Below are positions 56,349-64,000 of a stretch of 64,000 bases of DNA, one piece after another. Numbering within the stretch: the first letter of the stretch is position 1; each line of letters opens with the position of its first letter. Under the pieces are notes generated by a model. That model was not told the DNA's origin. It was given only the letters and a program-made list of their open reading frames with translations, and did no database searches. This stretch comes from a virus (taxonomy: Duplodnaviria > Caudoviricetes): positions 64,001-128,000 of IMG/VR virus record IMGVR_UViG_3300021431_000075. The stretch is one strand, 5' to 3'. The translations under genes and the position numbers were made by a program.

Positions 56349-56363
56349 TATAAGATATTTATA
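56349..56363 (-). promoter_or_regulatory. Putative phage late promoter TATAAATATCTTATA
   Basis: Exact 14-mer, here extended to a perfect T4-late TATAAATA. Confidence 0.7.
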
Positions 56364-56364
56364 A

Positions 56365-56637
56365 TTATTTTTCAGAACTTCTATATCTACTCTCGAAATT
56401 CTCAACAACCTTCGGATCCGGATTCTTAACAGAAGCAAGATATTTCAAATATAGTTTCTTGCAGTTGAACGGATTTCCATGACAGCCACTTTCGTTAGGA
56501 TGTCCCCAAGGCAAGAAGCATTCTGGATAACCTCCATCCCACCATTCACAGAACTTGCCGAATTGAGCAAGTTTCTTATTGACTCTCCGATGAGTTGCAG
56601 TTCTCGGCTTTCGTTTAGTTTTCCATTTCGCTACCAT
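56365..56637 (-). CDS. Hypothetical basic protein
   Basis: 90 aa ORF. Confidence 0.7.
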   Translation of the reverse strand: MVAKWKTKRKPRTATHRRVNKKLAQFGKFCEWWDGGYPECFLPWGHPNESGCHGNPFNCKKLYLKYLASVKNPDPKVVENFESRYRSSEK

Positions 56638-56697
56638 TTCGACTATAAATTGAAATTTATGAAAATGTTGTTAATTTATAAAGTATGGTTTTCAAAA

Positions 56698-57033
56698 TCA
56701 ATTATGAGTTCTCTCTATTTTTGATGCATCATTAGGATTCTCTATTATCGTTTTTGACTTTGGATCAAAAACATCCAGATAGTCTGCTTGTCTTTCTGTA
56801 CATCTTTTGTATTTCTTGCATGGACTCCAAACAGGCGATATAAACAATCTGTTTTCATCTGTTTCCGGCTTGTCATGTTCGAATAGACAACAAATTGCTG
56901 TTCCATCATAACCATGCGGTTCCGTACCATCATTATTCACGTCCAACGCATATTCGTCAATGTACATACAAGTCCGACAGCATTCTATGTTCTTATCGAA
57001 ATATATTCTCTTCAAACTCATAATTTTTCTCAC
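56698..57033 (-). CDS. Hypothetical Cys-rich protein
   Basis: 111 aa; CRTC...C...C. Confidence 0.7.
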   Translation of the reverse strand: MRKIMSLKRIYFDKNIECCRTCMYIDEYALDVNNDGTEPHGYDGTAICCLFEHDKPETDENRLFISPVWSPCKKYKRCTERQADYLDVFDPKSKTIIENPNDASKIERTHN

Positions 57034-57251
57034 ATCTTATAGATTAGTCTACTGCAAATCAAGCAAATAGTTTAAAAATAATGAAAGCAAAAACTATCCG
57101 AATGCATAAAAACATCCAGACAGTTATATATTTCAAAAACAACTTGTCAAATCTACAATTCAACCGGCTTTGTATGCATAATAACAAGGAAGTTGCAGAT
57201 TCGACCTTAAACAACTGCGGCAATTCTTCATAGTAACGATATACCTGTTGG

Positions 57252-57689
57252 CTATATCTCTTTAATATTGTTATTATACATTCCTTTTGGTGCTTCTAAC
57301 GCTAAACCCTTCTCAATCAACCCATGATAGTCAAAGTGATGTTTGTTGAGCCAATCAATATAACTATTTATATCATGTTCATAAACGAATTTGTACTCTA
57401 TCGGATATGCAGAAAAATCGCAGTCAAATGGTCTCACACCACCAATAAATGAGAAATATTCCCTCTTCTCTTCCTCGGTCATACTTGACATCGGACGGAG
57501 ATAAGGTATACAGCATTCTATTCTTGTAATATATTCTTTTGTTGAGAACAGACCACGTTCTTTTGTTACGACAAAGCCATTTTTAACTCCTACAACTTTT
57601 TTTACATCAGAGTTTATTTGCACTTTCACTCCATACAGTAGCCTTGCGCTTAAATCCTTTAAAAGAAGTTCTTTATCTTCTTGTGTCAT
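57252..57689 (-). CDS. Hypothetical phage protein (MTQEDKELLLKDL family)
   Basis: KDLSARL.YGVK...PYLRPMSSMTEEEK...IDWLNKHHFDYHGLIEKGLALEAP. Confidence 0.8.
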   Translation of the reverse strand: MTQEDKELLLKDLSARLLYGVKVQINSDVKKVVGVKNGFVVTKERGLFSTKEYITRIECCIPYLRPMSSMTEEEKREYFSFIGGVRPFDCDFSAYPIEYKFVYEHDINSYIDWLNKHHFDYHGLIEKGLALEAPKGMYNNNIKEI

Positions 57690-57864
57690 TGTTATTTCTA
57701 TTTTTGTGCCATGAGATGGACTTGAACCATCACTCCTTTCGGAAACTCTGTTTGAGAGAGCCGTGTCTACCTATTTCCACCACCATGGCATTTCTATTTT
57801 TGAAATATCATTTTTAAATGTACATTCCTTTTGGGGCTTCTAACGCTAAACTCTTCTCAATCAA
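57277..57864. repeat. 44-bp direct repeat (57277-57320 and 57821-57864) flanking a gene + tRNA-Leu
   Basis: tacattccttttgg(t/g)gcttctaacgctaaac(c/t)cttctcaatcaa, 2 mismatches. Confidence 0.9.
57707..57789 (-). tRNA. tRNA-Leu(CAA); CCA not encoded
   Basis: GCCATGG acceptor stem, GCTCT-CTCAAAC-AGAGT anticodon arm, long variable arm TTCC-GAAA-GGAG, GATGG-TTCAAGT-CCATC T-arm, A discriminator. Confidence 0.93.
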
Positions 57865-58204
57865 TAATGCCTTTTGTCTTAAGATATGAAATTACTGGCA
57901 CTAAGCACATAACTCCTATTGGTTCATCAGAGCAGTCAGGAGCATACTCTTCCATCAATGCAGTATCTTCAAATTCACCTCTTAACCAAGCATTGACATC
58001 ATGAACAAGATTTTCATTGAATTCCTTATATTCAGATTGATCTTCAAAACAATCACGATCAAAAAAATCAATTCCCAAAATGTTTTTCATAATGTGCTTG
58101 CATTCACGAACAGATACATCTCTTTTCAGAACAAATCCTTTCACGAAACCATTTGGCTGAAGTTCTATCTTAACAATACCTACATCAAATTTCTTTGTCT
58201 TCAT
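57857..58204 (-). CDS. Hypothetical protein
   Basis: 115 aa ORF. Confidence 0.75.
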   Translation of the reverse strand: MKTKKFDVGIVKIELQPNGFVKGFVLKRDVSVRECKHIMKNILGIDFFDRDCFEDQSEYKEFNENLVHDVNAWLRGEFEDTALMEEYAPDCSDEPIGVMCLVPVISYLKTKGIID

Positions 58205-58227
58205 AACTTTCTTTTTTTAATAGATTA

Positions 58228-58644
58228 TCAAATCGAAACATTTTTAATCTTGCATGTCTTCAGTGCATGTCTGAACTGATGAAGATATTCACAATGCGGA
58301 TGCGAATAGTACTCTCCGTTTCTTATATAGACAGAAGGTTTTCCTTCTTTAATAAACTCGACAGTAATGTAATACAGATTGTCCGGAGTTCCGGCTCTAT
58401 AAGTCAGATCGTCTATCCTTGTCAAACCAATCTGAATGGCAACTTCCGGCGACATCTTGATAAACTCTATATTTGATTGTTCACAAGGAACAATCCTTCC
58501 GCTTAAGGTCTCAACAATAATGCTGTTTACTGTGCAAAATTTGACTTTTGCTCTTTCCTGCTGAAACTCAGAACCAACAATCGAGTTGTAATGAGCATTG
58601 ACCAAAACCGGATCGCCAACCATCAAATCAAATTCATCTTCCAT
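58228..58644 (-). CDS. Hypothetical phage protein
   Basis: DLMVGD.V...YLHQFRHAL motifs. Confidence 0.75.
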   Translation of the reverse strand: MEDEFDLMVGDPVLVNAHYNSIVGSEFQQERAKVKFCTVNSIIVETLSGRIVPCEQSNIEFIKMSPEVAIQIGLTRIDDLTYRAGTPDNLYYITVEFIKEGKPSVYIRNGEYYSHPHCEYLHQFRHALKTCKIKNVSI

Positions 58645-58646
58645 AA

Positions 58647-59135
58647 CTACTTCAGTATAGTTTTCAATTCTGCTATTTGAATCTTCAGGCTATCATAAAG
58701 AGCAGCAACCCTGTTGTACTCTTCTTCTGTTATGACTTTCATAGTTCCGGTCTTTCCGCCTACTCTACATTCATCATCATAAGGACAATTCATCCAGAGT
58801 TTGTTGATTTCGCTATCAACTTCTTCCTCAACATGCAGGCAATTCGATTTCGAATCAGAATATTTCGCCCCGTCGTATATGTTAAAACGAACTGGAAATT
58901 TTGTGCATAGTTTTCCAAGCTCAAACGGTTTCGTCATCTTGAACACAGTGAAAGATGAACCGTTATGGTTGATTGAAATGCATTTTCCGACATAACTATC
59001 AAACCACTCCCTGATGTCTTGTTTCTTCTTGTCTTCTTTGCTCTTTGCATCATCCGCCTGTTTCCGAATATATTCTTTCAGTTCACCGACAGTCATTTTG
59101 CTGTCAAATTTTTCCAAATCTGCTGTAGTTATCAT
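58647..59135 (-). CDS. Hypothetical protein
   Basis: 162 aa; ATGA-coupled to the upstream gene. Confidence 0.75.
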   Translation of the reverse strand: MITTADLEKFDSKMTVGELKEYIRKQADDAKSKEDKKKQDIREWFDSYVGKCISINHNGSSFTVFKMTKPFELGKLCTKFPVRFNIYDGAKYSDSKSNCLHVEEEVDSEINKLWMNCPYDDECRVGGKTGTMKVITEEEYNRVAALYDSLKIQIAELKTILK

Positions 59136-59557
59136 AACTTTTTATTTTTTAGTTCTACAATCTGTTCTCTTAAACTCTCAATCTTTTCTTCAAGCTGATG
59201 CAGCTCAATCTCTTTTTTTCGCAACATCTTTTCTTTGCATTGATTGAATATCTTTTCTGGCGCATCTTCATCAAGCCATTCCAGCGGCATTTCAAGATAA
59301 TAGAAATCAAGCATATTGCCTTCCATTCCTTCAAAAGCGTCAATAGATCCGCGACTTGAAATATAATCATAAGGAAAGCCGAAATCTTCAGATAAATCAT
59401 CATCAAACTCTGTTATGATTTCATAAACTCTATTTATGATTGGCTCGCAAATCTTTAACAGTTCATTCTCTGCTTTTTTAGACTTTGATTTCAAGTCGCT
59501 ATTGAATTCCTCAACAAGCTGAAGAACTCTCTGTTTCATATCTTTGTCGGTACTCAT
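59132..59557 (-). CDS. Hypothetical protein, copy 3 of a tandem triplication (11-aa internal deletion)
   Basis: Near-identical to 59511-60017 and 60022-60480. Confidence 0.8.
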   Translation of the reverse strand: MSTDKDMKQRVLQLVEEFNSDLKSKSKKAENELLKICEPIINRVYEIITEFDDDLSEDFGFPYDYISSRGSIDAFEGMEGNMLDFYYLEMPLEWLDEDAPEKIFNQCKEKMLRKKEIELHQLEEKIESLREQIVELKNKKL

Positions 59558-60017
59558 GCAACTTTTTATTTTTTAATTCTACAATCTCTTCTCTTAAACT
59601 CTCAATCCTTTCTTCAGAATGATTCAATTCAATCTCTTTTTTATGCAACAAGATTTCTTTGCATTGCTTAAAAATCTTTTCCGGTGCATCTTCATCAAGC
59701 CAGTCAAGCGGCATTTCAAGACTGGCTTCAATGTATTCTCCAAGACAACCATCGGAATAATGAAATCCGAGCATATTGTCTTCAATGCCTTCAAAATTGT
59801 CAATGGTTCCGCGACTTGAAAGATAATCATAGGGAAATCCGAAATCTTCAGATAGAAAATCATCAAACTCTGTTACGATTTCATAAACTCTCTTTATGAT
59901 TGGCTCACAAATCTTTATCAGTTCTTTTTCTGCTTTTTTAGACTTCGATTTCGAGTCGCTATTGAATTCTTTGACAAGTTGAAGAACTCTCTGTTTTGTA
60001 TCTTTTTCAGTACTCAT
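59511..60017 (-). CDS. Hypothetical protein, copy 2 of a tandem triplication
   Basis: MSTEKDTKQRVLQLVKEFNSD...; reads past the usual stop into copy 3. Confidence 0.8.
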   Translation of the reverse strand: MSTEKDTKQRVLQLVKEFNSDSKSKSKKAEKELIKICEPIIKRVYEIVTEFDDFLSEDFGFPYDYLSSRGTIDNFEGIEDNMLGFHYSDGCLGEYIEASLEMPLDWLDEDAPEKIFKQCKEILLHKKEIELNHSEERIESLREEIVELKNKKLHEYRQRYETESSSAC

Positions 60018-60021
60018 GTAA

Positions 60022-60480
60022 CTATCTATTTTTAAGTTCTACAATATCTTCTCTTAAACTCTCAATCTTTTCTTCAAGCCGATTTATTTCAATCTCTTTT
60101 TTATTCAACAAGATTTCTTTGCATTTCTTAGAAATCTTTTCTGGAGCATCTTCATCAAGCCATTCAAGTGGCATTTTAAGACTGGCATCGACATAATTCC
60201 ACCAACAACCTTCGGAATAATGAAATCTGAGCAAATTCCCTTCAATACCATCAAAATTGTCAATGGTTCCGTGACTTGACAAGTAATCATAAGGAAAGCC
60301 GAAATCTTCAGGTAGATCATCATCGAACTCTTTTATGATTTCATAAACTCTCTTTATGATTGGCTCGCAAATCTTTATCAGTTCTTTTTTTTTGCTTTTT
60401 TTGGACTTTGATTTCGAGTCGCTATTGAATTCTTTAACAAGTTGAAGAACTCTCTGTTTTGTATCTTTTTCTGTATTCAT
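60022..60480 (-). CDS. Hypothetical protein, copy 1 of a tandem triplication
   Basis: MNTEKDTKQRVLQLVKEFNSD...; C-terminal coiled-coil-like segment. Confidence 0.8.
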   Translation of the reverse strand: MNTEKDTKQRVLQLVKEFNSDSKSKSKKSKKKELIKICEPIIKRVYEIIKEFDDDLPEDFGFPYDYLSSHGTIDNFDGIEGNLLRFHYSEGCWWNYVDASLKMPLEWLDEDAPEKISKKCKEILLNKKEIEINRLEEKIESLREDIVELKNR

Positions 60481-60512
60481 ATAACTTTCAATTTCTATTA
60501 TTTCTCAATTCA

Positions 60513-60872
60513 TCAAATCATCCGTTCTTCAATGAACAAATTTTTACTTTTATCGGATATGTAATCTTCAAGATAATCCATAATCTCATCTTTTGTCATC
60601 TGTTCCAAAGCATGGATATCCAAATCGGCATTTTCTCCTTCATTGTTAAATGTGACGACACATTCTCCTCCGCCACAAAAACTACAAGAAAACTTGCTTA
60701 TCAAATAATTCGAGAACTTCTTGTCCATAAGCAATCGTTGAAGTGCCTTATTGAGACAAATCTCTGATTGAACTTGCATCTCACACGCCTTCTCGAAATA
60801 ATCATTCCAGTTCTCTTTCAAACTGTTTACATATTTAATAGACATTATGTTTGTTGGTTGCTCTATCATCAA
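60513..60872 (-). CDS. Hypothetical protein
   Basis: 119 aa ORF, first after a Bacteroidetes-type promoter; start uncertain. Confidence 0.7.
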   Translation of the reverse strand: MMIEQPTNIMSIKYVNSLKENWNDYFEKACEMQVQSEICLNKALQRLLMDKKFSNYLISKFSCSFCGGGECVVTFNNEGENADLDIHALEQMTKDEIMDYLEDYISDKSKNLFIEERMI

Positions 60873-60900
60873 AATGTTTTTTAATTAACTTATTTGAGTG

Positions 60901-60932
60901 CAAATATAACGATTGTTTTATACAAATGCAAG
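60901..60932 (-). promoter_or_regulatory. Bacteroidetes sigma-A promoter (CTTG-N20-TATATTTG)
   Basis: Perfect -7 element and one-mismatch -33 element, just after a terminator. Confidence 0.75.
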
Positions 60933-60954
60933 AATTGATTAGTTATTTAAAGTT

Positions 60955-60988
60955 AAAAAAGAACATAATGCAATTACAAACATTATGT
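60955..60988 (-). terminator. Rho-independent terminator
   Basis: ACATAATG/CATTATGT stem followed by TCTTTTTT. Confidence 0.65.
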
Positions 60989-61260
60989 CAAACACACAGC
61001 AAACGAATCTTCAAGACCTGCTCAATCTCTGTCAATTTATCAACAGTTAAGTTCACATCGCCGGACAACAGTTCTGCCAATTCCATTTCATTCATTTCCA
61101 TCATCGTTGCAAACTCATTTGGACTCATTCCATTCTTGCTAATTGCATCGGAAATCTTTGCAGCAAGTTTCATGCGATTGCGAGTCTTTGCCAATGACAG
61201 GTCATCCATGTTTGACAATAAATTTGCCAATGTTCCTTTCTTATCCATAACAATAAACAT
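60988..61260 (-). CDS. XRE-family HTH protein (antitoxin-like)
   Basis: KLAAKISDAISKNGMSPNEFATMM...LLSGDVNLTVDKLTEIEQVL. Confidence 0.8.
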   Translation of the reverse strand: MFIVMDKKGTLANLLSNMDDLSLAKTRNRMKLAAKISDAISKNGMSPNEFATMMEMNEMELAELLSGDVNLTVDKLTEIEQVLKIRLLCV

Positions 61261-61265
61261 TTATC

Positions 61266-61664
61266 TTAATTTGCTATCTCTCCTTCGACAATCGGAACTG
61301 TCAAACGTCTTCCTCCTTTCGTTTCATAAGAAAAAGTCCCTACTACTTTCGGACTCTCGATAACTACAACTTGGTCATTATAAAAACTCGTTCCGTACAA
61401 CAACACAGTGTTTCCGTCATAATACGCATTGTCGCCGATATATTCTGAAAACTCATTTGCCAATGAAAAATTTTCAAAAACTTGAAAAACTTTGAAAGAA
61501 GTTTTCGTCTTGTTCTCATAAATTGTTTCAACTTCAAACGTCTTAAAACTATCTTCATCTGTCACACTGCGTCTTCTCTGCTGACAAAAAGAAACAAAAA
61601 CCAAAATTACAATAGTTAAAGAAATTCCACAAATCACTCCAAAAATAAATGATTTCTTATCCAT
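61266..61664 (-). CDS. Membrane-anchored hypothetical protein (start moved to MDKKSF)
   Basis: N-terminal TM helix FIFGVICGISLTIVILVFV. Confidence 0.7.
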   Translation of the reverse strand: MDKKSFIFGVICGISLTIVILVFVSFCQQRRRSVTDEDSFKTFEVETIYENKTKTSFKVFQVFENFSLANEFSEYIGDNAYYDGNTVLLYGTSFYNDQVVVIESPKVVGTFSYETKGGRRLTVPIVEGEIAN

Positions 61665-61692
61665 ATATTTTAATTTTTTAGTTTCAAAATTT

Positions 61693-62067
61693 CTACAAAT
61701 AACTTTTTCCGACCGCATCAAGATAGAACGGATAAAAATCACCTTTGTTTTTCCATACATCAATGATAGCATGTCGCAGCATTCTCCATCCGCCATTGAA
61801 GGAATATTGTGTCCTGTTCCAAGTCAAGCAAATGCTCTCGACAAACATATCTATCCCGACGTCTTGCATTTGATTGAAGAACATAGGTCTGACAAACATT
61901 TCAGAAGTATCCATCTTGTCAACAAGTTCCTTTGCAGTTTCTATGCTATTTGCACCAGCAAACAATTCTTCCGGCTTCAAGCCAAGCCCTATCAAATCTC
62001 GCTGCAAACGAACTTCAATGACACCGCCAGCATTGAGAAAGTTAAATAAAGTCATCTTGTTGTTCAT
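61693..62067 (-). CDS. Hypothetical protein
   Basis: 124 aa ORF. Confidence 0.7.
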   Translation of the reverse strand: MNNKMTLFNFLNAGGVIEVRLQRDLIGLGLKPEELFAGANSIETAKELVDKMDTSEMFVRPMFFNQMQDVGIDMFVESICLTWNRTQYSFNGGWRMLRHAIIDVWKNKGDFYPFYLDAVGKSYL

Positions 62068-62073
62068 TATGTT

Positions 62074-62358
62074 CTACTCTTTTATTGTTTGCCAATCATA
62101 AAACTTCAACTCGCTTTCAAAAAAATCTTTCCAGTAACCGGATTCGTCATCTTCTTTTAGACTCTCTACATTGTAGTCTTGGTCAAGTTCTTCTTGGTTC
62201 CAGAACTCGGCATTACAAACATGATGATTGACTGAATAATGAAGCATCAACGACCAGTCAAGACCGACCATAGCGCAATAATAGACGGCATCATCGCCTC
62301 TTGAATACACTTGACCTGTTTTCAATCCTTCAATAGTATACTTCATTTTATCTCTCAA
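62074..62358 (-). CDS. Hypothetical acidic protein
   Basis: 94 aa; ATGA-coupled. Confidence 0.7.
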   Translation of the reverse strand: MRDKMKYTIEGLKTGQVYSRGDDAVYYCAMVGLDWSLMLHYSVNHHVCNAEFWNQEELDQDYNVESLKEDDESGYWKDFFESELKFYDWQTIKE

Positions 62359-63050
62359 TCTTTATTGCTTGAATCTTGTTCTTTCTCTCTTTCGTCAGAC
62401 AAAAATTCATTAACCTTCTTGATGATTTCGCAACAGCAATCCACATAATTGCTGCTTGTCACGTCAAGTTCCGGAACCGTATAAAACGTATCAACATCTT
62501 CATACCACATCGAGCAACCAGAATCGTCCTTGTCCATCCTGAACCTAAACATCTTTCCGCCACCTTCAATGTAAGTCGGAATCAACTCAAGTAGTCTTCC
62601 AAAAGACCAGCACGGCTCATAATGCTGAATCGTTTCTTTGAACTGCTTATATGCAATAACATCGAAACCGATTTTGGGAACCATGTGATCCTGTTCGACA
62701 TCGCCATCCATCCAAGAATAAAAATAATTCGCGGTCGCTGGATTTAAGAATCTTGTTTTCAATTCAACAGACTGCTCCAGACTCGTGTAGTCATTATTTG
62801 AACTGCCCATTGCATTGCGCTCGTTCTTTCCGCAAATCAGCAAATCCTTTTCAGGGAACATTTCCATGAAATCTGTCCAAATCTTCATCTCGACTTTCTT
62901 GTAGTTTTCATTGCCCCGCCTGATTTCTTCCGGTGCAACTACAATCACATGGTACTCCGAATCTGCGTCATATGAATAGGTCAACTCGATTCCAGGGAAC
63001 CAAGTTTTCAAATCCATGAATGTCTTATCTATAAACTCGCTTATCGTCAT
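62355..63050 (-). CDS. Two-domain hypothetical protein; C-terminal domain homologous to 48476-48856
   Basis: YTSLEQSVEL...TANYFY...PCWSFGRLLELIP. Confidence 0.75.
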   Translation of the reverse strand: MTISEFIDKTFMDLKTWFPGIELTYSYDADSEYHVIVVAPEEIRRGNENYKKVEMKIWTDFMEMFPEKDLLICGKNERNAMGSSNNDYTSLEQSVELKTRFLNPATANYFYSWMDGDVEQDHMVPKIGFDVIAYKQFKETIQHYEPCWSFGRLLELIPTYIEGGGKMFRFRMDKDDSGCSMWYEDVDTFYTVPELDVTSSNYVDCCCEIIKKVNEFLSDEREKEQDSSNKD

Positions 63051-63091
63051 AACTAAAAAATCTTACAATGAATTATAACTTTCAAACTCAA

Positions 63092-63442
63092 CTATTTTCT
63101 TTTCATCTCGACTATCAGTTTTTCCAAAACATATTCCATCATCTCGTCAAGACATTCCGATATAGTCTCAAAAGACTTGCAACTTGCCGGCGTTCCAATT
63201 GGTTGGCAGTTGTGTCTCATATCCAAAACTAACCCAACATACAAAATATTCTGTTCTTCTCCATGCATGTAGTCAATGCATTTTGCATAGATGAACAGAC
63301 CGAACTTCTCTGCTATCCAGTCAATAGCCATCTGCTGTGTAGCCGCTATCTGCATGCAGTCGCCTTTCGGATAATCGTCATTGAATCCGTTATTTGCAAG
63401 AAGTTCTGCAACCACACGAGAACAATATCTTTCTTTTCTCAT
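63092..63442 (-). CDS. Hypothetical phage protein
   Basis: YCSRVVAELLANNGF...ATQQMAIDWIAEK. Confidence 0.75.
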   Translation of the reverse strand: MRKERYCSRVVAELLANNGFNDDYPKGDCMQIAATQQMAIDWIAEKFGLFIYAKCIDYMHGEEQNILYVGLVLDMRHNCQPIGTPASCKSFETISECLDEMMEYVLEKLIVEMKRK

Positions 63443-63723
63443 TTTTGTATGCTATTATTAATGATTTTCTCAACTTCTCTACTGTGTCTTCTGTTGCAGT
63501 ACTCACAATTTCCACTATGAGAGAACTTGTCAAACAACTCGCAAGAATCAACATTTTCGATTTGTGTCGTATCATTATCGACAATGTATGACTTGTCTTC
63601 TATCTCTTTGAAATTATTCAATGTTCTCTCGCAACAAATAATAACAGATGCCAAAATAAAGCAGGCAATTGATCCAAAAACAATAGTCTTAAGAATCACT
63701 AAATTATACTCTTTCTTAGTCAT
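63439..63723 (-). CDS. Small membrane protein with HxxxCxxC motif
   Basis: N-terminal hydrophobic helix; HSGNCEYC. Confidence 0.7.
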   Translation of the reverse strand: MTKKEYNLVILKTIVFGSIACFILASVIICCERTLNNFKEIEDKSYIVDNDTTQIENVDSCELFDKFSHSGNCEYCNRRHSREVEKIINNSIQK

Positions 63724-63732
63724 TTTAATTCA

Positions 63733-63981
63733 TTATAAAATATTTAGAAAATCTTCCAATTTCTCAAAAGTCTCTTTTGAGATTTTCTTTGAAGAATTAT
63801 CATCAACTGTATAAATGAAAAACGAGCCATCACAAACATCAGGACATATCCTTGTTATCGCATTTATCGGAACAATAGAACCGCTTATTGTCTTGACACA
63901 ATCAATGCGTTTTCTATTATTCCTGTTCTTTCTAAGTTCTTTCATATGCGCTTTATTTAAAAGCGCATAATGCTTGCTCAC
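63733..63981 (-). CDS. Hypothetical protein
   Basis: 82 aa ORF. Confidence 0.65.
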   Translation of the reverse strand: MSKHYALLNKAHMKELRKNRNNRKRIDCVKTISGSIVPINAITRICPDVCDGSFFIYTVDDNSSKKISKETFEKLEDFLNIL

Positions 63982-64000
63982 GCATTCTTCGTTGCATTCG

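Noticed and set aside
178-63814. The many plus-strand ORFs and nested short minus-strand ORFs in the track
   Set aside because: They overlap longer, motif-bearing, tightly packed minus-strand genes and have shadow-frame composition (I/F/S-rich); none has a recognisable motif.
1-64000. Stop-codon reassignment (TAG=Gln as in Lak phages, or TGA=Trp)
   Set aside because: Many 600-870 aa Trp- and Gln-containing genes are uninterrupted in the standard code, TAG and TGA end genes at sensible boundaries including ATGA overlaps, and no suppressor tRNA is seen. The two post-TGA open frames are better explained as remnants.

Overview
This 64 kb window is AT-rich and gene-dense, with essentially all credible genes on the minus strand. 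It looks like an accessory region of a large (probably jumbo) tailed phage infecting Bacteroidetes: Bacteroidetes sigma-A -33/-7 promoters drive small hypothetical genes, and a second conserved motif (ATAAATATCTTATA, T4-late-like) precedes other genes. No capsid, terminase or polymerase gene is in the window, so phage origin is an inference. The first ~32 kb is a tandem array of 13 divergent WG-repeat genes (586-740 aa; the first is cut by the window edge), plus one truncated copy and one 20-codon remnant. A 14th intact copy lies at 44.9-46.8 kb. All copies that keep their 5' end share an acidic N-terminal leader (Y-x-L-N-E-S-L-L-D-x-V-x-x-D-E-V-x-D) that resembles a prohead-protease-cleaved capsid-targeting peptide. 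This suggests a diversified family of virion-packaged proteins and is the main candidate novel system. Three IS607-family elements (tnpA + tnpB) are present; one has an atypical TnpB (no zinc finger, altered RuvC-II) followed by a ~200 nt structured RNA. The right half contains tRNA-Ile/Met(CAT), tRNA-Leu(CAA), an unassigned 185 nt structured RNA between a host-type promoter and the CAT tRNA, an HNH nuclease, a 5'(3')-deoxyribonucleotidase, an ASCH-like protein and a lipoprotein. It also holds a second repeat-domain protein family, a recent gene triplication and duplicated gene 3' ends. All calls come from motif reading only; no database searches were run.
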